NCBI GenBank assembly: GCA_963667795.1
Contig: OY764017.1
Location: 645,236 to 709,235, forward strand
From: Christensenellaceae bacterium
Lineage (GTDB): Bacteria; Bacillota; Clostridia; Christensenellales; CAG-138
Length of the DNA: 64,000 nucleotides
Direction of reading: 5' to 3'
Position numbers and translations under genes: made by a program. Position 1 is the stretch's first letter; each line of letters starts with the position of its first letter. The notes under the pieces are model-generated. The model had not been told where the DNA came from and searched no databases. It saw only the letters and a list, made by a program, of their open reading frames with translations. Of this stretch, positions 9,612 to 18,407 are shown piece after piece.

Positions 9612-9893
9612 ATGCTGAAACAACGAACCCAATACGATGATGAATTCAAGAAAAATGCGGTCAAACTAAGTTATGCAAGTCCAAAGCCGGTACGAGCCGT
9701 CGCAGACGATCTGGGCATAGCAGTAAACCTGCTGTACAACTGGCGCAAGAAATATACGGCGTCAGGCGAAAAAACGCCAATGGCCACAATGGAGGAAGAA
9801 CTCAAGGCGCTCCGGCTGGAAAACGCAGAATTGAAAATGGAGCGCGACATGCTAAAAAAAGCAGCGGCCTACTTTGCGAAGCTCCAGAAGTGA
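9612..9893 (+). CDS. IS3-family transposase OrfA (HTH)
   Basis: MLKQRTQYDDEFKKNAVKLSY...LYNWRKKY. An A7G slippery run at 9854-9861 lies near the 3' end, suitable for a -1 frameshift into OrfB. Confidence 0.9.
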   Translation: MLKQRTQYDDEFKKNAVKLSYASPKPVRAVADDLGIAVNLLYNWRKKYTASGEKTPMATMEEELKALRLENAELKMERDMLKKAAAYFAKLQK

Positions 9894-10768
9894 AATACAG
9901 ATTTATCTTTGAACATCCCGAATACCCGAAAGCAAAGTGGGCCGCGCAAATGAAGGTGTCGCGAAGCGGGTATTACCATTGGAAACGAACGCGGGCTCAG
10001 CGAGAGAAGCGCAAATGCGAGTATGCCGAACGGGTTCGACGCGTATTCATGGCGGGAGAATGGACATATGGCGCGAGTCGTATCTGCGGGAGACTCAGAA
10101 CGGAAGGATTCTCTTGCAGTTTTTACAAGGTGCGCGATTCCATGGAGATGCAAGGGCTGCGCTCGATCCATCGCAAAAAGCGCCGGCGATCCCTGACAGA
10201 CAGCCGGAAAGCGCGTGGCGATGGATATGCAAATCTGACGAGAAACCTTCGGATAGATGCACCTTTTCAGGTTCTCTCAAGCGATATCAGCTATATACGC
10301 ACGGGGGAAGGATTCGACTATCTGTGCCAGATCAAAGACGTGAAGAGCGGGATTGTCCTGGCGGAGAGTATGTCTGAACACATGAAAGCAGAGCTGGTCG
10401 TGAAAACGATTCGGAAAGCGTTACAACGTTGGGATATTCCAACGGGATGTATTTTTCACAGTGATCGCGGGAGCCAGTACACATCGGAGAGCGTAATGAA
10501 CTTGCTTACTAACGAAGGCCTTCGGCAAAGCTTTTCACGCGTAGGCATGCCGGGCGATAACAGCTGGAGTGAAAGCTTCTTTGCAAACCTGAAGAAGGAA
10601 GCGGTTCACTGGACCCATTTCCGGACGCGGGATGACGCCAAGCAAAAGTTATTTGCCTATATCGAAGGATTCTACAATACCAGACGAGTGCAAAAACGTC
10701 TTGGGTACTTAAGTCCTATGCAATGGCTAATGTGCTGGAATCAAGGCATTCAAGAATCTGTTGCTTAG
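9890..10768 (+). CDS. IS3-family transposase OrfB (DDE/rve integrase domain)
   Basis: Lies in the -1 frame relative to OrfA. Motifs SDISYIRT, FHSDRGSQYTS and SWSESFFANLKKE. Confidence 0.9.
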   Translation: MKYRFIFEHPEYPKAKWAAQMKVSRSGYYHWKRTRAQREKRKCEYAERVRRVFMAGEWTYGASRICGRLRTEGFSCSFYKVRDSMEMQGLRSIHRKKRRRSLTDSRKARGDGYANLTRNLRIDAPFQVLSSDISYIRTGEGFDYLCQIKDVKSGIVLAESMSEHMKAELVVKTIRKALQRWDIPTGCIFHSDRGSQYTSESVMNLLTNEGLRQSFSRVGMPGDNSWSESFFANLKKEAVHWTHFRTRDDAKQKLFAYIEGFYNTRRVQKRLGYLSPMQWLMCWNQGIQESVA

Positions 10769-11063
10769 CATTCTGTCCGAAAAAGTGTTGCATTCCCTGA
10801 TCCGTTGCTCGAATCTGGAGCAATTGTGCGTATTGACTTCCCACTAAAGGTGATGTGGAGTGTTTTGTTGGATACACTTGAGCGTTCACTGTAAAATACA
10901 GCATTTGCGATGAATAATTCGTATATGGCTTAAATCTATAGGAACTGTCTACATAAGCTATTATATTGATTTTTGCATCATAAGTAGAGTAAGCAAGCGC
11001 AACAGAAGCAAAAGAAAATACCAGTACAAATACGAGAATAGTCGCAAGGATGCGTTTTTTCAT

Positions 11064-11477
11064 TACGAATATCTCCTTTCGAATTAGAAGTGCCAAGTAT
11101 AATATGGCTTGAACCCAAGTTTGAATCGAAATATAATAGTATTGTCCTTGTGAACGCCATCACATTCGTGATGTGGGCTGACCCGCTCATTGTTTACAAG
11201 GACATTTTCTTTGGCACAATCATAGGCATCCCCCCTAACATCATGATTGTTCATATTGCGCTCTTTGAGCGCAGCAAAGCTTGTTCGCTTTTGTTTGCCA
11301 GTGCAAATGTTCGCTCCAATTCGATTTGAGTTGCCCCTCTCTATATAAGACGTTTTACACCAGTCAAAATGTGACATCAAATTAGAAAATTCTCGTTACC
11401 CTCTACTATATAAACGATTTTTCAGTGAAAAATGGGACGTTCTTTTGAAATTTTCTCGCACTGCGAGGTTAACCCCA
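11064..11477 (-). promoter_or_regulatory. Conserved leader/promoter region, copy B
   Basis: Homologous to 6392-6765. Has the same outer stem (GTCCTTGTGAAC / GTTTACAAGGAC on the plus strand) and an inner hairpin CATCAC-ATTC-GTGATG whose loop differs from copy A. Confidence 0.45.
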
Positions 11478-11572
11478 AACGTGCCAAACAGCACAAAAGG
11501 CATCATGCCAAGTGTTATTAATACGAGTGCTTTGGATAATGCGCGATTGCGATCGGAATGAGGCGCGGGCAA
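11478..11572 (-). pseudogene. Second, more diverged orphan 5' fragment of the permease gene
   Basis: TTG at 11570-11572 after TAGGAG. Translates (M)PAPHSDRNRALSKALVLITLGMMPFVLFGTFG, followed by the same leader sequence as copy A. Confidence 0.6.
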
Positions 11573-11903
11573 AGTGGGACTCCTATAAGTGAAAAGTCTG
11601 CAAGTGACCCGAAAGCGTGTATATTCTTCCCAGTAAATACGTACGGGCCTACTCTCGCAATTTCAGAACAACACCTCTTATCAATTACGCGCAGTTCACT
11701 TCTATGACGTTTAAACGCCATACAAAGAATTGGATGCGGAATTAGTGCGTTCTATTATTTAAGACACTATAAAGTGGAAAATTCGGCCTGGATTTACAAA
11801 AATAAGTAAATAATATATTTTTGCTTTTTTAGGCCGAATTTTCTGAAAGCAAGTGTCATATATATTGGTGTAAGCCAAATATTGTTTTAGAAAGGCAGAA
11901 ATT

Positions 11904-12296
11904 ATGAAAAGAAAAATCCTATGTTGTATGCTCGCGCTAATGATTTGCTTGAGCGTTTCCGGATCAGCGTTAGCCGCAACGCGACAGGCAGCGGGAAGCT
12001 GTTCGATGAGTGTTTCTGGAAAAAGCGTTTCTTATTCCGGATACTCTTCATCAGTTCAAACTGAAGACACCATTTCCGTTAAAGTGAAACTCATGGAGAA
12101 GCGTGGGTCTACTTGGTATCAAGTTGGATCAGCAGCATATAATAGTCTTAACGATGCAGACTTTGTTTCTGCTGGGAGATCTAAAACTGTTACCGGTGGC
12201 CATTATTATAAAGTCGTAGCAACACATTACTCACTAAAGAACGGTGTTGGTAGAACGGTCACTTCTCAAACTTCTGAAAGATGGATTGCAAACTAG
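11904..12296 (+). CDS. Small secreted protein (130 aa)
   Basis: Signal peptide MKRKILCCMLALMICLSVSGSALA. A terminator follows. Confidence 0.6.
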   Translation: MKRKILCCMLALMICLSVSGSALAATRQAAGSCSMSVSGKSVSYSGYSSSVQTEDTISVKVKLMEKRGSTWYQVGSAAYNSLNDADFVSAGRSKTVTGGHYYKVVATHYSLKNGVGRTVTSQTSERWIAN

Positions 12297-12308
12297 AAAA
12301 AATGATTG

Positions 12309-12352
12309 CGGGACTGCCCTGCAAATCGACGCAGTGACAGTCCCGTTTTTAT
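12309..12352 (+). terminator. Intrinsic terminator between convergent genes
   Basis: Stem CGGGACTG (12309-12316) pairs with CAGTCCCG (12338-12345), followed by TTTTTATT. Confidence 0.65.
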
Positions 12353-13197
12353 TACGAAATTGTAATGAACTTCAACAATTCTACCAGTGTATTCTGAGAC
12401 ATCTCAAAACTAGAAATGAATATCTCGCTGTTGTCGGTAAAAGTCCTGGCAAAAGCGGTCCCGTCTTCCATCGCTCCGATATAGTATTCTGTGCCTTCAG
12501 TTGTTTCGAATTCTCCAAAAGTGCCGTCCTCTATACTCGTCGCTGTTCCCGATGATTCGCTCACCGTTCGGTACTTTTGCTCTACTAATATAGATGCATC
12601 GTTGCTATAACTGTACTTAGATCTAATAAGTAATGACGCGTCTTCCACGCTTATTACATTTATACTTTCAAGTTCTGCCTTCTCTGCTTGAATATAGGCG
12701 ATAGGTAGCCCTAGCCAGCTCTCAGCATCATCTACATTGTCAAACGATAATGGCAGCTCAGAAAAATCAATTTCAGAGATGGTTGATCCTTGCTGTTGCG
12801 ATTGGAAGACCCCATCAATAATCTCAATTACAGTTTGATAAATCGAGCTTGCTAATGCTTTTCCTTTGTTAGTAAACAAGGAGAATCCCAAGAGCACAAG
12901 TATAACAGTCGCAACTATCCCAACGCGTCGAATTATGGGGCGCATTTTACGCTTGACCTGCAATGCGTACACTCTGTTTGCAAATTGAGCTGCAATACGT
13001 TCTGTATACAAAGAAAGTCTTAGCGGATCAGAATTCGCTTCGAGATCGTTTAACACTCTTTTCATAAAGGCCGACGCATCATTGGTTGAGGATTTTAGAA
13101 GCATGTCTGCCTCGGCACTGGTCAGAGCCGTCCCATTTATATCAAAATACGGGTGATCCAAAACTATCTGCTTTAGTTTTGTCCAATTCATTTTCAA
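12352..13197 (-). CDS. Putative anti-sigma factor (single-pass membrane protein)
   Basis: Located 13 bp downstream of the sigma gene. Has a cytoplasmic N-terminus, one TM (IVATVILVLLGFSLF) and an extracytoplasmic C-terminal domain. Confidence 0.55.
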   Translation of the reverse strand: MKMNWTKLKQIVLDHPYFDINGTALTSAEADMLLKSSTNDASAFMKRVLNDLEANSDPLRLSLYTERIAAQFANRVYALQVKRKMRPIIRRVGIVATVILVLLGFSLFTNKGKALASSIYQTVIEIIDGVFQSQQQGSTISEIDFSELPLSFDNVDDAESWLGLPIAYIQAEKAELESINVISVEDASLLIRSKYSYSNDASILVEQKYRTVSESSGTATSIEDGTFGEFETTEGTEYYIGAMEDGTAFARTFTDNSEIFISSFEMSQNTLVELLKFITIS

Positions 13198-13209
13198 TTC
13201 AAGTCCCTC

Positions 13210-13737
13210 CTACAGTAACACTAGAACTTCAATTTGCTGCAGTAGACTAGGATTCTTCGCGGCAATAGATTTTCTCATTTTAGCAAATCTTTTTGATAAG
13301 GCGTTTGGAGATAAGCCAAGACCTGGCGCTAGATCTTCGATTGGAATGTCCTCCAAATAATGCTTCTTAAATGCTTCACGATCTGCGTCCGGATATGCTT
13401 CCAATGCTCTATCTAGAAATATAATCCATTCTGCATAACAGTATGGCTTAGAGCTCTTTGAATCAGCCAGATGTTCCGTTGAATCCAAAAGGATAACTTT
13501 TCGAAAATTTGCTCCATCTCGCAAATAATTTATTGTTGCCCGTCTGAGGCAAACAGCTATATAAGCCATCGGTTCGTTCACATCCCGCAATAAATCGCGT
13601 CTTCGAAGTAGAGCGACTGCTGTATTATGCAATACCTCCTCTGCAATTCGAGTATCACCCGTAATCATTGTTGCTATCTTTTTTAAATCATAATAATTTT
13701 CTTCTAGAAACTTCTCGATATCAAATTCTTTGGCCAT
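13210..13737 (-). CDS. Sigma-70 family (ECF-like) RNA polymerase sigma factor
   Basis: ORF trimmed to the ATG at 13735-13737 after GGGAGAGG. Region-2-like segment EEVLHNTAVALLRR and region-4 HTH DIPIEDLAPGLGLSPNALSKRFAKMRKS. Confidence 0.7.
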   Translation of the reverse strand: MAKEFDIEKFLEENYYDLKKIATMITGDTRIAEEVLHNTAVALLRRRDLLRDVNEPMAYIAVCLRRATINYLRDGANFRKVILLDSTEHLADSKSSKPYCYAEWIIFLDRALEAYPDADREAFKKHYLEDIPIEDLAPGLGLSPNALSKRFAKMRKSIAAKNPSLLQQIEVLVLL

Positions 13738-13923
13738 GAACCTCTCCCGAGCAATATTGCTTTCAGTGCCTATTCTAGATAATCTATTCAAAATATGTAT
13801 TAGGTTTCCAAGTTAGGGTACACTATATATTGAAAACATGCAATTCTTCAATTATCCTTATAGTTTTGATTTTGCTGCAAATTGCGAAATTTCACTTTCA
13901 TGCTTAAATTCAATAGGTTAATA

Positions 13924-13952
13924 TTGACATTCTAGCTTTATTTGTTTACGAT
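13924..13952 (+). promoter_or_regulatory. Candidate sigma-A promoter
   Basis: TTGACA (13924-13929), a 17-nt spacer, then TACGAT (13947-13952). Confidence 0.4.
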
Positions 13953-13959
13953 TGTTATA

Positions 13960-14115
13960 TAAGTGCTACCGTCGCAAGCAATTAACCATGGGCAACTTAA
14001 GATGTGGGGATTGTCTGCGAAAGCTGTGACTAACGAACTCATCTTAGTCCCAACATTATCTGTGAGGGCGAGTAGCATGCAAAGGACGTGCAGCAAATGC
14101 TGCGCGTCCCTTTTG
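13960..14115 (+). ncRNA. Candidate small structured RNA (promoter, closing stem and terminator); function unknown
   Basis: Closing stem GCTAC-CG-TCGC (13965-13975) pairs with GCGA-GTAGC (14068-14076). Then a strong hairpin GGACGTGCAGCA-AA-TGCTGCGCGTCC (14084-14109) followed by CTTTTG. No convincing ORF inside. Confidence 0.3.
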
Positions 14116-14647
14116 ATAAAACAAAGCTAAAACACCCTTTTGACTTTCACAGTACGATTCTTGAGTAATAGGCAATAAATCATTTAGTTGTAGCTTGACT
14201 ATTATAGCCTATTAGTTGCATTATAGATCGTTTTTCCGTTCTAACGCTTGGTCAAAAGGAGCCCAGAATTCAGGTGGATATTCAGGATGCTTGCTATAGC
14301 CGAGCATTTTTTGTTTTTTCTGATGTTGCTGTTCGAACACATTAGCGAGTTTTAACTACTTAATGTTGTATGTGAAATCATTTATGTTATAATTATCGGT
14401 AAAGAATCTAAAGTATATCTTGCCTCTTCCCAGTCCGATCAATATCATACTGCTAATGATATAAAACTCACAACTACTTTGATGTGTTGAGAAATAATCA
14501 TTCCCTGCCAAACAAAAGCGCGTAGTCGCAGCACTTGAGGGAATCTGCCAAATTGCAAAATGCCGAAATATGATGATGCCATTGCTCTCTTTCGAATAGC
14601 TAACGGCATGTATGATTCATGCACATCCAGTAAAGGAGTGAAAGACT

Positions 14648-14848
14648 ATGGCTATTTCAAAAATTACAATATGCAATTTCAAGGGTTTCAAGGGAACTTT
14701 TAAATTAGAGCTAAACCAAGGTCTCAATATACTAGTTGGTAATAATGAAACTGGGAAATCTACTGTTTTAGAGGCAATTCATCTTGCATTAACAGGTCTT
14801 TATAATGGGAAGTATATAAATAGCGAATTATCACAATATCTTTTCAAC
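14648..14848 (+). pseudogene. N-terminal fragment of an AAA/OLD-type (RecF-like) ATPase, truncated by IS insertion
   Basis: MAISKITICNFKGFKGTFKLELNQGLNILVGNNETGKSTVLEAIHLAL, with Walker A GNNETGKS. The reading frame runs into the IS end TGACCTGC at 14849, which supplies the stop. Confidence 0.7.
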
Positions 14849-14926
14849 TGACCTGCTCCCCCAAAAAGTAGTCCACTCAAAAAGAAAAAAAGATAGTAAA
14901 ATCAAAAAAAAGGAGTGGACGAAGAA

Positions 14927-15193
14927 ATGAAGAAGAGCCGATACACAGAGGCGCAGATAGCCTTTGCATTGAAGCAGGCAGAATTGGGCACGCCGATATC
15001 GGAAGTGTGCCGAAAGCTCGGGATAGCAGAGCAGACGTTTTACCGCTGGAAGAATAAATATGGCGGGATGCTGCCAAGCGATATGAAGCGCCTCAAGCAG
15101 CTTGAGGAAGAGAATGCCAAACTGAAAAAGCTGATAGCGGATCTGAGCTTGGATAAGCTGATGCTGCAGGATGTACTGACAAAAAAATTCTAG
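14927..15193 (+). CDS. IS3-family transposase OrfA
   Basis: MKKSRYTEAQIAFALKQAELGTPISEVCRKLGIAEQTFYRWKNKY. ATG at 14927 follows AAGGAG. Confidence 0.8.
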   Translation: MKKSRYTEAQIAFALKQAELGTPISEVCRKLGIAEQTFYRWKNKYGGMLPSDMKRLKQLEEENAKLKKLIADLSLDKLMLQDVLTKKF

Positions 15194-15955
15194 GGCCTGC
15201 CGAGAAGCGGGAAGCCGTGCGATACCTGCAGGAACGTTTTGAAGCAAGCGAACGCAGAAGCTGTATGGTATTGCGGATCAACCGGGGATGGCACCGGAGG
15301 CAGCCGACCCGGGACGAGCAGGCCTTTTTACGAATGCGAATCAGGGAAATAGCCTCCGTGCGGAAACGATATGGATACCGAAGGATCCATGTCCTGTTAC
15401 TGCGTGAAGGTTGGAAAATCAACCATAAACGGGTTTACAGGCTGTACAAGGAAGAAGGATTAAACCTGAGGAAATCGACTGGCCGTAAGAAAATCAGCGT
15501 GTCCAGAGCGCCCGTGAAAGGCCTTGCAACAGTCGTGAATGAATGCTGGTGTATGGACTTCGTGTCGGATCAATTGTACAATGGGAAACGATTCAAGGCG
15601 CTGACAGTGCTGGATACGTTCAGCAGGGAAAGCTTAGCCATCTACGTGGGCAAATCGATCAAGGGTGAACAGGTCTGCGAGGCGTTGCAAAAAATCAAGG
15701 CAGCCCGCGGGCTGCCTCAAAGGATCAAGGTCGATAACGGGCCCGAATTCATATCACGGGCACTGGATGCATGGGCATACTTCAACAAAGTCAAGCTGGA
15801 CTATTCCCGACCCGGCACGCCGACGGACAATCCACACATCGAATCATTCAACGGCAGCTTTCGGGATGAATGCCTGAATATGAACTGGTTCATGTCGCTG
15901 GAGGATGCCAGAGACAAAATAGAGCGCTGGCGAAAGGACTACAACGAGTTCCGTC
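15187..15955 (+). pseudogene. IS3-family transposase OrfB, C-terminally truncated
   Basis: In the -1 frame: ILGPAEKREAVRYLQERF...DNGPEFISRAL...PGTPTDNPHIESFNGSFRDECLN. It breaks off where the IS256-like end GAGAGCGTATCGAAAATTGTGTAAA begins. Confidence 0.75.
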
Positions 15956-17151
15956 GAGAGCGTATCGAAAATTGTGTAAACCTCGATTGTCAGATAAAAT
16001 AACGACAATGGAGGTTTTCCTATATGGCAAGGAAAGAAAAGAGCCTCATGCGACAGCTGATCGACGAGCGAGGGATCAAGGATGTAGCCGGCGTGCAGGC
16101 GCTGGTGAAGGAACTGACCGCTGATCTGATTCAGGAATGCATGGACGCGGAGCTTGAAAGCGACCTCGGGTACAGCAAGTACGACTACCGGAATAAACAA
16201 ACGGACAACAGCCGGAACGGCAGCTACAAGAAAACTGTTGCCAGCAGCCAGGGCGATGTGGAACTGCCGGTGCCGCGCGACCGAAACGGCGAATATGAAC
16301 CGCAGATCGTAAAGAAGCACCAGATGGACATCTCGGACATCGAGGACAAGATTATTTTCCTGTATTCGCAGGGAACGTCGACGCGGGATATCGAACGCAC
16401 GATGCAGGAGCTGTACGGGATCGAGGTAGATGCGACTCGGGTGTCCAAGATTACGGACAAGATTCTGCCGGTCATTCGCGAATGGCAGAACCGGCCGCTG
16501 GAGAGCATATACGCCATGGTGATGCTGGACGCGATACACTACAAAGTCCGCGAAGAAGGCGTCGTCGTCAAGAAAGCCGTCTATATCGCCATCGGGACCG
16601 ACCTTCAAGGACAAAAGGATGTTCTGGGCCTGTGGATCGGCGCAACGGAAAGTTCGAAATACTGGCTGGGCGTGCTGAACGGCCTGAAAAACCGCGGCGT
16701 TTCGGACATTTTGCTGATATCGGTCGATGGACTGAACGGCTTTTTGGAAGCCATCGCGGCCGCCTATCCGAAGACGGAAATCCAACGCTGCATCATCCAT
16801 CAAATCCGCAGTTCCACGCGATATGTCTCTTAGAAGGACGTTAAGGCGTTCACGGCTGCACTCAAGCCCATCTACAAAGCACCGACCGAGGAAGCCGCAC
16901 TGCTTGCGCTGGATGAACTGGAGCGCGTCTGGGGCGCGAAATATCCGGCCGGCGTGAAATCCTGGCGGGATCACTGGGACGAGCTTTCCACCATGTACAA
17001 ATATCCCGAGCAGATTCGGCGGATGATCTACACGACCAACGCAATCGAAAATTTCAACCGCCAGCTTCGCAAGGTCACAAAAACGAAAAGTGCGTTTGTC
17101 AGCGATGACGCTCTGCTCAAGCAACTGTATCTCGTTACCATGCAAGTCACG
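15956..17151 (+). mobile_element. Degenerate IS256-family element (right end missing)
   Basis: The left inverted repeat resembles the IS256 type (GAGAGCGTATCGAAAATTGTGTAAA). The transposase frame is broken and truncated where the repeat module starts at 17152. Confidence 0.7.
16024..17151 (+). pseudogene. IS256-family (Mutator-type) transposase pseudogene
   Basis: An in-frame TAG at 16831-16833 interrupts ...IRSSTRYVS*KDVKAFTAALK. The same frame continues (ORF 16954..) to ...LYLVTMQVT and then loses homology. Confidence 0.8.
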
Positions 17152-17594
17152 AGTTCAGAATTGGTTCAAAACCTACTACCTGATGTTTATTTGATGTTTA
17201 TCGCCATCAATAATGGCTTATAATTGTTCATAATCATCAAAAACACATTTTGAATTATCCGCAAGGATCGGCGATTATCTTCAATTATCGTCGTATAATC
17301 ATAACTATATTACGCATAAATACGCACTCATAACCCGGAGGCCGTAGGATTGTCTTCTTGGCCAATCGTCGACAACAGGCAATGCTTTGTGTAGTACTCT
17401 CAACAGCATAAATTTCTAACCCCCTTATGCGTCAAAAATGCGGCAAAAATCAAAATCGATCTGCGAGTTCACAGCCTCGTAGGTCTTTCTCTATCTACCC
17501 TGAATAACGCTTGTTACGGATTTGTCGTATTGTCGCACGTTTTGGAAAATGAGCTAAAATGGAACCCCCTAAAAGTCACCTAATTAGGGGGTTT
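17152..17594. repeat. About 440-bp noncoding repeat module, copy 1 (copy 2 is at 34801-35241)
   Basis: Roughly 85-90 percent identical by eye to 34801-35241. Contains plus-strand hairpins at about 17460-17490 and 17564-17592 (AACCCCCT...AGGGGGTTTT). Confidence 0.8.
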
Positions 17595-17674
<80 letters not shown>

Positions 17675-17939
17675 TATTTTGTTGTCAATTTCTCGCCTGC
17701 GGCCAGCAGTGTCGGAGCCATCTGATTATTTTGTCATAATCGTCCGTGATCTCAAATAGTCGACTTTAATCGCGTATAATCGGTTACTTGAATTTGTTGT
17801 AATGTGCGACAAATTACGTGATCTCGGCAATCTATCGCAACCTCTTGCGGTCATATGTGTCAAAAAATGCGTCAAAAGCAGGTGACTTCTGAAGCGTTAC
17901 AGCCTCAACAACTCCTCGCCAAGAACGCTGACATACACT

Positions 17940-18085
17940 CCCACCCATATAAAATCGTTTAATGGCTGTTTCCGGGACGAATGCCTAAACATGAACTGGT
18001 TCATGTCTCTGGAGGATGCCCGAGACAAAGTAGAGCGCTGGCAGAGGAACTACACATAGTTTCGTCCGCCCAGCGCTTTGTGATA
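17940..18085 (+). pseudogene. Internal remnant of another IS3/IS407-like OrfB
   Basis: Translates FNGCFRDECLNMNWFMSLEDARDKVERWQRNYT*FRPPSAL. This is a diverged duplicate of 15841-15955 and has an in-frame stop. Confidence 0.7.
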
Positions 18086-18125
18086 TTACGATAATGCTAA
18101 ACTTCTACACTCGATTCAGCTTGGT

Positions 18126-18299
18126 TTACATTCCTTTGAGCAGGTTCCCGAGCGCCAGGATCGCAAAAGCAATCAGCGCCCACCACACCGGCGCAAACAG
18201 GAAGCTGAATGGAACCGCCACCATGAGTAAGGCCATAACCGCAATGATGAGCGCGATAAAAAAGGTAATGTTCTTGGGTCTCGATAAATGTAACTGCAT
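18126..18299 (-). CDS. Small membrane protein (57 aa)
   Basis: ATG at 18297-18299 lies 8 nt after AGGAGG. Translates MQLHLSRPKNITFFIALIIAVMALLMVAVPFSFLFAPVWWALIAFAILALGNLLKGM. Below the ORF-track length cutoff. Confidence 0.55.
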   Translation of the reverse strand: MQLHLSRPKNITFFIALIIAVMALLMVAVPFSFLFAPVWWALIAFAILALGNLLKGM

Positions 18300-18407
18300 A
18301 ATAGTTGCCTCCTGAAAATTTAATCTGATTTTGAGGTGTCGACTGCGTAATAAATCGTGTTCGAATGGCCGCAGGTAAAATAATTTACCTCAGAAGCAAT
18401 CTGCTAT

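Larger units (their letters stand above)
9547..10797 (+). mobile_element. IS3-family insertion sequence, copy 1 (1251 bp)
   Basis: Appears identical to 39074-40324 (same length; every segment I compared matched). Imperfect terminal inverted repeats: GGGAGTGTGCTAAAATATCGGACAG and the reverse complement of the right end, GGGAATGCAACACTTTTTCGGACAG. Flanked by a 3-bp direct repeat TGA (9544-9546 and 10798-10800). Confidence 0.9.
9378..11063 (-). pseudogene. Small secreted protein gene disrupted by the IS3-family insertion
   Basis: N-terminal part runs 11063 to 10798 (MKKRILATILVFVLVFSFASVALA...QIRATDQ). C-terminal part runs 9546 to 9378 (SIRSMQRKYIWNG...GGYTTS). Removing the IS and one TGA repeat restores a continuous frame, RATDQSIRSM. 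Confidence 0.85.
14849..15955 (+). mobile_element. IS3-family (IS407-like) element, 3'-truncated by an IS256-like insertion
   Basis: Left end TGACCTGCTCCCCC. OrfA and OrfB with an A7 slippery run at 15181-15187. OrfB homology ends at ...DYNEFR (15955). Confidence 0.8.

Noticed and set aside
13988-14029. A 13-codon ORF (MGNLRCGDCLRKL) inside the candidate small RNA.
   Set aside because: There is no Shine-Dalgarno sequence upstream, and it is too short to evaluate. I treated the unit as noncoding.
14222-14345. A short minus-strand ORF ending ...MLGYSKHPEYPPEFWAPFDQALERKNDL.
   Set aside because: It is bounded by an in-frame TAG just upstream and has no ribosome-binding site. It is probably a decayed 3' remnant of a lost gene, with evidence too thin for a feature.
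15844-17145. A 433-aa minus-strand ORF across the IS256-like element.
   Set aside because: It is antisense to a clearly recognisable, although broken, IS256-family transposase frame. Its composition is low-complexity and Arg/Leu/Phe-rich.
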